Virus record (IMG/VR): IMGVR_UViG_2574180238_000003 | Direction: 5' to 3' (one strand) | Length of the DNA: 47,428 nt | Source of the DNA: a virus | Taxonomy: Duplodnaviria; Heunggongvirae; Uroviricota; Caudoviricetes | Shown here: piece after piece, positions 1-7,961 of the stretch | How the letters are laid out: each line of letters starts with the position of its first letter | Position numbering within the stretch: the first letter of the stretch is position 1 | Notes under the pieces: generated by a model | Told to the model about the DNA's origin: nothing | Seen by the model: only the letters and a program-made list of their open reading frames with translations | The model's database searches: none | Translations under genes and position numbers: made by a program

Positions 1-1119
1 TCAAATAACCAACTTAACCCATTCCTGACCTCGGGTATCGTTATAGCGATCGGTGGTTGCCTGGACTTTATGTCCTAGTAAGGTTTTTGTATCGATACCC
101 TGTGCACGGTACAGCCGTTCAGATAGAGAGCGTTGTTCATGAAATGTGGGCGGTGTTTTTCCTGCTGGTGGAATTATTCCAGCCAGATCCCGCGCTTTGG
201 CAAAGTAGTCGCTCAGGTTGTCTTTACTCATCGGCTTTGGTTGTTTCTGGTGCCGACTATGGATTAGATATGGACTTAATATTCTGTCTCGGCATCCATC
301 AATAACGTCTTTTAACGTTATCCCAATGGCATCACAGCGTAGTGTAAGCGGTAACGCCAGACGCATTCCGGTTTTTCCCTGGGTGATATGCAAGTGTTCG
401 TTCCACACATCTGAAAAACGCATGTGGCAAATGTCATCACGGCGCTGACCAGTGACAATCGCAAGAAGCATTGCGTTACGGATAAAGTGTTTTTCCGGCG
501 TTGCGTTGTAAATTTTTTGCCAGTCTTCCAGGGCGAGCCTGGCTCTGGTTACTTTAGGGATCGGTTTACGGGTAGCCTCCGGAGGATTCCATCCAGGAGG
601 AACTTCCCCTGCATGTTGTGCTTCTTTATAAATATCAACCCATAATCCGCGATTTACTCTCGCTGTGCTGACCATGTCTTTATCCAGCCATTCATCCAGT
701 ATTAATGCAAAGTCTCTTACTTCCAGGTCTTTCAATGGGTGATTTCCCAGGCGGAAAACCAGGTATGCAGCCATTCGCGCCTTTTCTTTGTGGGTTGTAG
801 CTGCAATATCTCCATTTTTCAGTCGTGAGTCCTGTATTTTCAGATATCGATCAACCCATGCTTTTAATCTGATACCCCGACGTTTTGTTGCTGATGGACT
901 TTCATCAATTTTGCGCATGAAATATTCTGCTTCTGCTGCAGCTATTCGTTGATTAGCCGTGGAAGCGATTTTTTCTGCCTTGTCTTTGTCTGTTCCGAGT
1001 CCGTGAAATTTTCCAGTCACTGGATTTTTATACTGGTAGTAAACCTTGCCAGTTCTGCGATCAAACTTTTCGTAAAGACATGCTATGTCAGTGCTGTTTT
1101 TTCGTGGCCTCGGTGACAT
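1..1119 (-). CDS. int: Phage integrase (tyrosine recombinase)
   Basis: 372-aa ORF ending at window position 1. C-terminal half shows the tyrosine-recombinase layout (TGQRRDD arginine box, HEQR, LLGH, terminal Y in TDRY). Lies at the prophage left end overlapping xis, as in lambda. Confidence 0.9.
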   Translation of the reverse strand: MSPRPRKNSTDIACLYEKFDRRTGKVYYQYKNPVTGKFHGLGTDKDKAEKIASTANQRIAAAEAEYFMRKIDESPSATKRRGIRLKAWVDRYLKIQDSRLKNGDIAATTHKEKARMAAYLVFRLGNHPLKDLEVRDFALILDEWLDKDMVSTARVNRGLWVDIYKEAQHAGEVPPGWNPPEATRKPIPKVTRARLALEDWQKIYNATPEKHFIRNAMLLAIVTGQRRDDICHMRFSDVWNEHLHITQGKTGMRLALPLTLRCDAIGITLKDVIDGCRDRILSPYLIHSRHQKQPKPMSKDNLSDYFAKARDLAGIIPPAGKTPPTFHEQRSLSERLYRAQGIDTKTLLGHKVQATTDRYNDTRGQEWVKLVI

Positions 1120-1366
1120 GAGTTAAAATCTCCTTCAGTGCGTCATCATCGTCAGTATGAATTTCCGGCGCAATTCCTGTTTCACCAGGACCCACAAATA
1201 CTGCTCGGCGATCTATCAGCCAACGCCCACGGATTTTTTGTGGCCTTGGAACGATGTATCCCATTTTTCCGTATTTCACCAGGGTAGTGTTTGTTATTGG
1301 GAGACTGAACCGTTTAGGTTTCCACTCGTCGAGCGTTATCAGGTACTGTTCGCTCATGGCCATCAC
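1088..1366 (-). CDS. xis: Excisionase (Xis-like DNA-binding protein)
   Basis: 92-aa ORF immediately upstream of and overlapping the int start; small basic protein in the canonical xis position. Exact start Met among MMAM is uncertain. Confidence 0.7.
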   Translation of the reverse strand: MMAMSEQYLITLDEWKPKRFSLPITNTTLVKYGKMGYIVPRPQKIRGRWLIDRRAVFVGPGETGIAPEIHTDDDDALKEILTHVTEATKKQH

Positions 1367-1418
1367 TCCGGAATGCGCCAGTTGCAGAATAGCAACTACA
1401 ACTGGCGACGGTTGAACA

Positions 1419-3890
1419 TTAAAAATCAGCCTGACTCGGGATCAGTTTTTGCCAGATGGCTGAAACGTATTTTGCCTGGTAACGCGTATCGTGCAGGGCG
1501 TTATGGTGTTCACCTTCGAATGGAATAGTCGTTCTTGCGTCGAAATCCATCACCAGTCCCAGAGCAACCATCGTTCTTACATCGCGATCATTGGTGTAAC
1601 GCCACGGGCAGGGGATCCCCTGCCGTTCATATGAACGGCGTAAAATCACGTTGTCGAAAGTTGCACCGTTACCCCAGACCTGAACAAAAAATTCACCGGA
1701 GTTTTCGTCGATAAATTCCCGGAATTGCAGCAGTGCATCATCCAACGGGATTTCATCGGTCAGAATGGCGGATTGTGCTTCGCGTGACTGTTTCAGCCAC
1801 CACTTAATGGTGTCCCGTTCGATGACCCCGCCTGCGGTTTCCAGATCGATAGTTTTGCTGAATTCTGGCCCCATCTCTCCGGTTGCCGGATCAAAAAACT
1901 TACCGGCTATAGCGTTTATTGGCGCATCAGGATTTTTTCCCATTGTTTCAAGGTCAATCATCAGATGGTGCCACAACCTGCTGGTGGATGTGATTTCACG
2001 ATGACCGTTCACCTTAATTAAGGGATTTGCTGTCTCGCCAGTTTTATTATCGCTGGCGTGATACTGATCGCTGTCAGTGTTCTCCTTGTGCGGATCTTCA
2101 GTGCCTTCCATTTCCTCCGGAGCATTTTCCTGAACTTCAATCAGGCTCTCTCCATCGAATGTTTCCTGGTAGGTTGCGTCGCCCATCACCGCACCACAGT
2201 CAGGACAGTTGCCGCCACCGGTCTGACCGCATGCGGTGCAAACTTTCTCCACTTCCTGTTGCACTGCTGGTTCTGGTTGTTGCTCTTCTGGCCCGTTTTG
2301 TTGCGTATCCGGGCTGTTTTGTTCCGCTTCTGGCTCATTTTGTTTCACGCCGGGCTGATTCTGGCCCTCAGCGTTGCGACTCTGGATCCCTTTCACCCAT
2401 TTCGGATCATTAGGGTCGCTAATCCCTTCAACAAATTCACCACGTGATGCAGCAAGCAATTTATCGGCGTCAGGCTGGCTGATATTGGCTGCCTGCATAA
2501 TTTTGTTTACTTCGTCAGCGGTAACTTTTACCGGCTCTGGTTGTACGGAATCTTCAGCGGTATCTACATTTTGCGGTAAGCCCGTATATGTGCCATTTTT
2601 TCGGGCAAAATATTCCTCTTTTGAGATTTCGGTAGCGCCGGCAGCCAGCGCCTTGTCCAGACCAGAAAGTTTGTTTGCCCTGCCGTATTTTTCCTCGCCC
2701 TTATCGGTAAAGACGAAATAAAATGGTCCTTCACGCTCTACAGATGGTTCAGCTTCCACCAGGATTTCATTTTTTTGAGTATCGGATTCTGCCGTCTCCA
2801 CTGGAGCAGTTTGTGCTGCTGACGGCTGGAGAGTATCAGCAGAGCTCTGGTCTGTTTCTTCATGCTCAAACACGCCCTTTGTTGTCAGGTATTCGCTGAT
2901 ATATTTGTTCAGTGCAACGGGATCTTTGTGAATGTCGATCGGACGTTCACGGACAAGGCCAAAAATAGTCTGACGGTCATAGCCAAGTGCTTCGGGCTGT
3001 TTGCGCATTGATGCTGAGATACGCTTCCAGTCTTCGCGATCCTTGTCGATAACCTCATTTGTCGCCCAGCGATGGATGGTACCGTCAATATTTCCCGCAT
3101 TCACATCACCGGGCCAGAGGGCGCAGGCCAGCTCATTGTCGAGTGTTTTCCATGTCTGTTTGTATTCTCGGCGAACGGCAACAGTGACATCCCCGGTTTT
3201 TTCAGCAGAGTTTTCAGTGTTCTGTTGGTTTACTCTGGAACGGGCGATATCAACGACAGATGTGTATTTCCCGGTTTCCTTGCGTTCACCTTCGCGACGT
3301 TTTTTCCAGATGCGCATCTCTGCCTGAATTTCGGGCCATTTAGCAGCAGGCTTGCATTTATGCTTAACCCACCCGATGGCATGCAGCTTAAGCTCCGGAT
3401 ACATGGCGTTAACTTCTGGCATTTTCATCAACGCTTCAACGATATGGCCGTCGAATGTTGCCATGTCTTCCTGCAACAATTCCTGTGCGCTAATCACCAT
3501 ATCAACAGTGATGTTTTCACATGTGTCGAACTTAACCATGACGGCGTTCTGTACTTCAGGGGCCAGCTTGTCAAAGGTGACGTTCATCGGATCGGATTCA
3601 GTCTCGACCGGGACAAAGGAAGCAGACGCCTCATCCCAGCGGTTTTCCTGCATATATTCGGTATCCCAGGAATCGAGGGTAGGGCGGGGTATGCCGGGTT
3701 TATCCTCACAGACAATAAATTTATAAGCGCAGTCCTGAGCTGCCGGGAATTGCTCCAGAAATTGCCAGTGAAATTTTGCGCGTGCGCGACGCTCATCACC
3801 GGCTTCAATGGCAGTGGCCACCGCAACAGCGCTATCTTCTTTTATGGCCTGTTCATCAGGAATAGCCGCGCAAATAAAGATTTTACTCAT
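1419..3890 (-). CDS. Exodeoxyribonuclease VIII (RecE)-family protein with C-terminal DnaQ-like DEDDh 3'-5' exonuclease domain
   Basis: 823-aa ORF. Central Cys-rich segment (CTACGQTGGGNCPDCGAVMGDATYQETF) and the flanking KLLAASRGEFVEGISDPNDPKWVKGIQ segment resemble the RecE linker region as recalled. C-terminal ~200 aa carry DEDDh motifs read directly: MIDLETMG (DxE), WGNGATFDN, HNALHDTRY (Hx4D). Confidence 0.75.
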   Translation of the reverse strand: MSKIFICAAIPDEQAIKEDSAVAVATAIEAGDERRARAKFHWQFLEQFPAAQDCAYKFIVCEDKPGIPRPTLDSWDTEYMQENRWDEASASFVPVETESDPMNVTFDKLAPEVQNAVMVKFDTCENITVDMVISAQELLQEDMATFDGHIVEALMKMPEVNAMYPELKLHAIGWVKHKCKPAAKWPEIQAEMRIWKKRREGERKETGKYTSVVDIARSRVNQQNTENSAEKTGDVTVAVRREYKQTWKTLDNELACALWPGDVNAGNIDGTIHRWATNEVIDKDREDWKRISASMRKQPEALGYDRQTIFGLVRERPIDIHKDPVALNKYISEYLTTKGVFEHEETDQSSADTLQPSAAQTAPVETAESDTQKNEILVEAEPSVEREGPFYFVFTDKGEEKYGRANKLSGLDKALAAGATEISKEEYFARKNGTYTGLPQNVDTAEDSVQPEPVKVTADEVNKIMQAANISQPDADKLLAASRGEFVEGISDPNDPKWVKGIQSRNAEGQNQPGVKQNEPEAEQNSPDTQQNGPEEQQPEPAVQQEVEKVCTACGQTGGGNCPDCGAVMGDATYQETFDGESLIEVQENAPEEMEGTEDPHKENTDSDQYHASDNKTGETANPLIKVNGHREITSTSRLWHHLMIDLETMGKNPDAPINAIAGKFFDPATGEMGPEFSKTIDLETAGGVIERDTIKWWLKQSREAQSAILTDEIPLDDALLQFREFIDENSGEFFVQVWGNGATFDNVILRRSYERQGIPCPWRYTNDRDVRTMVALGLVMDFDARTTIPFEGEHHNALHDTRYQAKYVSAIWQKLIPSQADF

Positions 3891-3985
3891 TGTGTTTTAA
3901 CCTCATTACAGATTTCAGGGTGAACGAATCCCTGCCATTGCTGGAATTTTTAATCCGTTGGTATGGCGTTAATATGGCTGGAGGG

Positions 3986-4174
3986 TTATCCAGCCGGTGT
4001 TTCGTTATTCAGGTACAGCGATACTTTTTTTACCGGGAGGCATTCACCAGAAATTTTTTGCTCGTCTCTTGCCTGGAGGCAGGATTCTTTACTGGCATAA
4101 ATTCCGGTAATCACATTCTGTGATTCACCCGTTATAAGAAAAACCGTCATCACCAGTGCAAATGCTGAAGTCAT
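3986..4174 (-). CDS. Small membrane protein (N-terminal hydrophobic segment), function unknown
   Basis: 62-aa ORF directly downstream of the DicB-like gene with a 4-bp overlap, the position held by ydfD in Qin; hydrophobic N-terminus. Identity not recognised. Confidence 0.4.
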   Translation of the reverse strand: MTSAFALVMTVFLITGESQNVITGIYASKESCLQARDEQKISGECLPVKKVSLYLNNETPAG

Positions 4175-4359
4175 TGACGTTCTCCGAAAATACCAAGTTT
4201 AATAAGGGCAATTCGGGAAAGAATGGAATTATCATTGAGCAGATAAGGCTCATATTTCCGCATATTAATGGCATCCTCAGTAAACGCTTTATTACTGAGC
4301 AGAACACCAATATCAAAACAACCTTCAGACGTATTAACGTTTGGTAATAACGTTTCCAT
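4171..4359 (-). CDS. dicB: DicB-like cell-division inhibitor
   Basis: 62-aa ORF; N-terminus METLLPNVNTSEGCFDIGV...FTEDAIN closely matches the recalled E. coli DicB N-terminus; same length; lies just downstream of a DicF-like sRNA as in Qin. Confidence 0.7.
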   Translation of the reverse strand: METLLPNVNTSEGCFDIGVLLSNKAFTEDAINMRKYEPYLLNDNSILSRIALIKLGIFGERQ

Positions 4360-4534
4360 TATCGCGTCCTCAACAATGAATTTTGTGATGCCGTGCCTGG
4401 TGCCTCCAGGTGACGTTAACCAGTTAACAATTAACGCCGGATTGTTAGTTGATGTCTGTTACGCAAGTAAAAGACCGCTTGTTTTAACTGTTCCGCGTGC
4501 GCATGGCCGCATTCACCGCATCACAAAATTCACT

Positions 4535-4575
4535 TTAAAAAGAGCGGATATCCATTTCCGCCGAATCACCAGAAA
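4535..4575 (-). ncRNA. dicF: DicF-like small RNA with intrinsic terminator
   Basis: Minus-strand sequence tttctggtgattcggcggaaatggatatccgctcttttt: the 5' end matches the recalled DicF 5' end (UUUCUGGUGA), followed by a hairpin (gcgga/tccgc) and U-run. Downstream flank (uuuuuaaagugaauuuugugaug..gugaaugcggc..gcgcacgcggaacag) also matches the recalled dicF-dicB spacer. Ends are approximate. Confidence 0.55.
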
Positions 4576-4912
4576 AGTGATAACAGAGGTTGTTGTGGCT
4601 GGGGGGTCACTTAAGCGTATGGTCAACCTGACAACCCGGTGTCCTCAACGGGGGAAGGAATAACCCCGCCATACTTACCGCCGCGCTATTTCGCGGATTG
4701 CCACAACCGGAAACGCACGGTTGAAGAAATTTAACGACAAGCCTTATATGCAAAGGAATCTCGCCGTGCGCTTTCGTGTTATGCCCTGACTTTTCAGGGA
4801 TATATCCTTTCAGTAAACTGTCAGTGCCGGATTCTTATCCGTGTCCGGCGCACGACCACACGCTGTCACGAGAGGTCTCCATTCTCAACCAGTAACCTCA
4901 ATGGAGGATAAA

Positions 4913-5107
4913 ATGTCAGAGCAGGAGTTAAAACTTGGTGCATGTTATTGTGTTCTCAAGGAGCTGGTACACATGCTTCCATCTACTCAGTATCAACAGT
5001 TAGTTGGCAATTTAAATCAGCGAATCGAAGCTATGTTAAAATCTGATGGTTTTAATAACGTAGAAACGCTGATGCTAAAAAGATATCTTGATGGATTGAT
5101 CAGATAA
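4913..5107 (+). CDS. Hypothetical small protein (64 aa)
   Basis: ATG at 4913 preceded by GGAGGA (4901-4906); ORF MSEQELKLGACY...; convergent with the leftward operon and overlapping the 3' end of the 5075-5434 gene, so it may be spurious. Confidence 0.3.
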   Translation: MSEQELKLGACYCVLKELVHMLPSTQYQQLVGNLNQRIEAMLKSDGFNNVETLMLKRYLDGLIR

Positions 5108-5434
5108 CATTTTTTTACGGCGTTCATATTCGTTAATATTTATGAAGCCTGTTGCCAGAAGCAGTTCGTTAATTTCATGGTTGTTTGGCTGTTTCTGGCT
5201 CTTTGAACTGAGATCTTCCACTTCTTTTTCTGCAAATTGTTTTGCTGTATCCTCTGTGCCATGGATATTTAAAGCTGTATCTGAAAACAGCCCAGTAAAC
5301 GCATCGCGCACATTACGAGCCATATTATCAGTGTCTTTTTTTGTTACCGATTCCAATTCAAGTTCGTTCAGACGATGACGAAGTGTGTGTGCTGCAATCT
5401 CCTGGATTGAAGGCGGTAAATATTTAAATTCCAT
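5075..5434 (-). CDS. Hypothetical protein, first gene of leftward early operon
   Basis: ORF with internal start MEFKYLPP preceded by a GAGG Shine-Dalgarno; acidic, helical-looking protein; no family recognised. Confidence 0.5.
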   Translation of the reverse strand: MEFKYLPPSIQEIAAHTLRHRLNELELESVTKKDTDNMARNVRDAFTGLFSDTALNIHGTEDTAKQFAEKEVEDLSSKSQKQPNNHEINELLLATGFININEYERRKKMLSDQSIKISF

Positions 5435-5778
5435 CGTCAACCTCATCAGTCAGTGTTTCTTGCTAACCAGCGATGCGCGCCAGCTGCGGTTTTAAACGTT
5501 TTACTTTTGGTATACGTCATCACGGTGAAGGTGCCGTCCTAGTTAGGGAACACACCGCATACCAGAGATTCGTTGTTGCTAAGATTGAGCGTATCCATGT
5601 TGACCTCATTTCCCCTTAACGCCGGGGTAGCGGAACTAAAAACCTGCTGCGCTGTTATACAAAGTGTTCCCGCCGTCATGTTCATACGCCTCGGGCTGGC
5701 TACTTAACCCCTAATCACTGCCGGGTAACTCGAAGTATTGCCCGGTGTTCTGTGGGCGGGGTGGGTTGGTATGGGAGA

Positions 5779-5850
5779 ACTATAGGTAATGCCTAATTAA
5801 TTGTCAATAGGCTGCGCCTAATGTTTTTGACGAAAACCTAATAGGCGATG
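5779..5850 (-). promoter_or_regulatory. Leftward early promoter (PL-like) with repressor operator half-sites
   Basis: On the minus strand: TTGACA (5807-5802), 17-bp spacer, TATAGT (5784-5779). The gcctaat / attaggc motif recurs at 5791-5797, 5816-5822 and 5837-5846, the same motif as in the operators between the repressor and cro-like genes. Confidence 0.5.
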
Positions 5851-5917
5851 ATATGTGGAAGAGGTGATGGGGGGCTAGATAACGGGCTCTAGGAGGTTCC
5901 CATCAGACCATATAAGT

Positions 5918-6394
5918 TTAAGTTCCCGTTTTGGTGATGTTCTGGCTTTTCCGTTCTGATTCTTGATCTTTCAAATACTTACCTACCTTCATCTCCATTG
6001 TGGCAATGTAGGCGCGAACGTCATGATCAACCCAACCAGGTTCCGTGGCATTTGCTGATAAGAGAAAAGCCACAATGGCTCTTTTTTCATCAGAGGCGGC
6101 TTGATAAAGGCTGTTTATGTCTAAAAGTTCACTTTTTGTATCTGAAATGAGGGAGGTGGGTATGGGGTATTCGTTAAGCCCCCAATGCTCTGGGCCAACC
6201 ACATCAGAAAAGAAACGCCATAGCTCTGGAAGTTTATCTTTACTTATCGAACCTTTCTTAATCCAATCATAGATTGATGGTGGTTGGACTTTGAAGTGAC
6301 GCGCTACCTCCGCCTTTGATTTGACGGATCCTGATGCAATTTTTTTGTTAATGGCCTGCTCTATCGCTCGGCCTAAGTCTTTACCACTAAGCAT
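5918..6394 (-). CDS. Prophage repressor, RacR-like (XRE/CI-type HTH)
   Basis: 158-aa ORF divergent from a YdaS/YdaT-like pair; N-terminal HTH-like segment (SKAEVARHFKVQPPSIYDWIKKG); same length and context as Rac RacR. Confidence 0.7.
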   Translation of the reverse strand: MLSGKDLGRAIEQAINKKIASGSVKSKAEVARHFKVQPPSIYDWIKKGSISKDKLPELWRFFSDVVGPEHWGLNEYPIPTSLISDTKSELLDINSLYQAASDEKRAIVAFLLSANATEPGWVDHDVRAYIATMEMKVGKYLKDQESERKSQNITKTGT

Positions 6395-6519
6395 TGCTTA
6401 ATACTCTCCTATGCTCATTGCATTAGGCAATCCCTACTTCATTTGCGTTAGGCGACGCCTATTGACATTTGTATTAGGCGTCGCCTAATATTGTTTCGTG
6501 TTTTTTTGGAGTTCATTCG
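6395..6519. promoter_or_regulatory. Divergent promoter/operator region (OR-like) between repressor and cro-like gene
   Basis: Two 15-bp palindromes, ttaggcgacgcctat (6448-6462) and ttaggcgtcgcctaa (6474-6488), plus a half-site cattaggca (6421-6429); rightward promoter TTGACA (6462-6467) with TAATAT (6486-6491) overlapped by the second operator. Confidence 0.65.
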
Positions 6520-6843
6520 ATGAAAAAAGAGAACTATTCATTCAAACGAGCGTGTGCTGTTGTCGGTGGGCAATCTGCAATGGCTAGGCTTTTAGGTGTA
6601 TCACCTCCAAGCGTAAATCAATGGATCAAAGGTGTACGTCAGTTGCCTGCTGAGCGATGTCCAGCAATTGAACGTGCAACAAGAGGTGGTGTTCTGTGCG
6701 AAGAACTTCGTCCTGATGTTGACTGGTCATACTTACGACGCTCGTCATGCTATTCGCTGAATATGTTGATGAAGCAACCAAATGACGAAAACGAGCATAC
6801 CCGAAATATCAAGAGGCAAATGATTCATGAAAATCAGCCATGA
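6520..6843 (+). CDS. ydaS: YdaS-like Cro/CI-family HTH protein
   Basis: 107-aa ORF with HTH (QSAMARLLGVSPPSVNQWIKG); divergent from the repressor; followed by an overlapping YdaT-like gene, as in Rac. Confidence 0.7.
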   Translation: MKKENYSFKRACAVVGGQSAMARLLGVSPPSVNQWIKGVRQLPAERCPAIERATRGGVLCEELRPDVDWSYLRRSSCYSLNMLMKQPNDENEHTRNIKRQMIHENQP

Positions 6844-7252
6844 GCACATCCGCATGGCGATGAATGCCTGGGCGCATCCGGATGGCGAGAAAGTACCAAC
6901 TGCGAAGATTACCAAAGCGTATTTTGAACTGGGAATGACATTTCCGGAACTGTACGGCGACAGCCATCCGGAAGCCCTAGCTCGTAATACCCAGAAAATT
7001 TTCCGCTGGGTAGAGAAAGACACCCTTGATGCTGTTGAAAAAATTCAGGCGTTGTTACCAGCGATCGAAAAGGCAATGCCACCTTTGCTGGTGGCCCGAA
7101 TGCGCAGCCACAGTTCAGCCTATTTTCGGGAGCTGGTGGAGACGCGGGAACGACTGGTGAGAGACGCTGATGATTTTGTCGCAGTGGCGATTGCCGGTTT
7201 CAATCAGATGAACCGTGGTGGCCCGGCAGGAAATGCCGTGGTGATGCACTAA
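6827..7252 (+). CDS. ydaT: YdaT-like protein
   Basis: 141-aa ORF overlapping the end of the ydaS-like gene; size and context match Rac YdaT. Confidence 0.6.
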   Translation: MKISHEHIRMAMNAWAHPDGEKVPTAKITKAYFELGMTFPELYGDSHPEALARNTQKIFRWVEKDTLDAVEKIQALLPAIEKAMPPLLVARMRSHSSAYFRELVETRERLVRDADDFVAVAIAGFNQMNRGGPAGNAVVMH

Positions 7253-7260
7253 AAGCACGG

Positions 7261-7482
7261 ATGGCGTTAACAATGACGGAGGGGGCTGTGAATCTACCTG
7301 ATTTTTTTACTGTTCTTGCCTGTGGTATTGGTGGGGCTCTGGCCGGACATTTTATCGTGAATCTGTTCACCTGGTATCTCTTTGGTTTCAGGGATTACTT
7401 CACCCGATGGACTTTAAATTGTCTTCGTCGGTTCATTGGGCGCAAGCCTGATATGAGGATTTGGAAAGATGAAAAACGCTGA
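7261..7482 (+). CDS. Hypothetical small membrane protein
   Basis: 73-aa ORF with a hydrophobic core (FFTVLACGIGGALAGHFIVNLFTWYLFGF); no family recognised. Confidence 0.3.
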   Translation: MALTMTEGAVNLPDFFTVLACGIGGALAGHFIVNLFTWYLFGFRDYFTRWTLNCLRRFIGRKPDMRIWKDEKR

Positions 7483-7486
7483 TTGT

Positions 7487-7882
7487 TTATGGCATCGGGA
7501 GGCCGTTTTTCTCCCGATATCGCTCGATCTCTGCCTGAATTGCTGCAACAGCACACATGGAGTCGTACTGGATCAGTCTGAGATTTTCAATCGTGAATTT
7601 GTCTTCCTCCATCAGGTTGAGCATACGAAAGTATCGAAAGACGTAAACTTCTGGGCCGCTGACACCATACCCCTTTGCCTTCGATATGGTTTGGTGGAGC
7701 TCCCATTCTTTCAATGCGAGGGTGAGAGCCATTTCTCTTATTTTTGCTCTGGCTTCAGCAGCCCGGCGTTGCGCTTCAATGGTTCGTTCCGATTTGCGTT
7801 GCCAGGCACCATTAACCAGCGAAACCACGCCAGCAACACACGCACTCAACACAACGCTACTTGTGATAGTTGCAAAATCCAT
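7487..7882 (-). CDS. Hypothetical protein with N-terminal transmembrane segment
   Basis: 131-aa minus-strand ORF (N-terminal TM, then predicted coiled-coil) lying among plus-strand genes; protein-like composition, unlike the overlapping Cys-rich plus-strand ORF. Confidence 0.35.
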   Translation of the reverse strand: MDFATITSSVVLSACVAGVVSLVNGAWQRKSERTIEAQRRAAEARAKIREMALTLALKEWELHQTISKAKGYGVSGPEVYVFRYFRMLNLMEEDKFTIENLRLIQYDSMCAVAAIQAEIERYREKNGLPMP

Positions 7883-7961
7883 GTCGAACCTCCTCTGGTT
7901 CTGTTGATTAGTGAATCACAGATTATAACCAGAGGAAGGTTTGGCTCCAGACGAGGTGAAC

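Noticed and set aside
4268-4663. 131-aa plus-strand ORF across the DicF-like region
   Set aside because: Opposite strand to the leftward operon and overlaps the sRNA and terminator; no RBS.
5447-5778. Lambda N-like antiterminator in the early-left leader
   Set aside because: No ORF of suitable size on the minus strand; a different regulatory strategy is implied, but nut-like sites were not identified with confidence.
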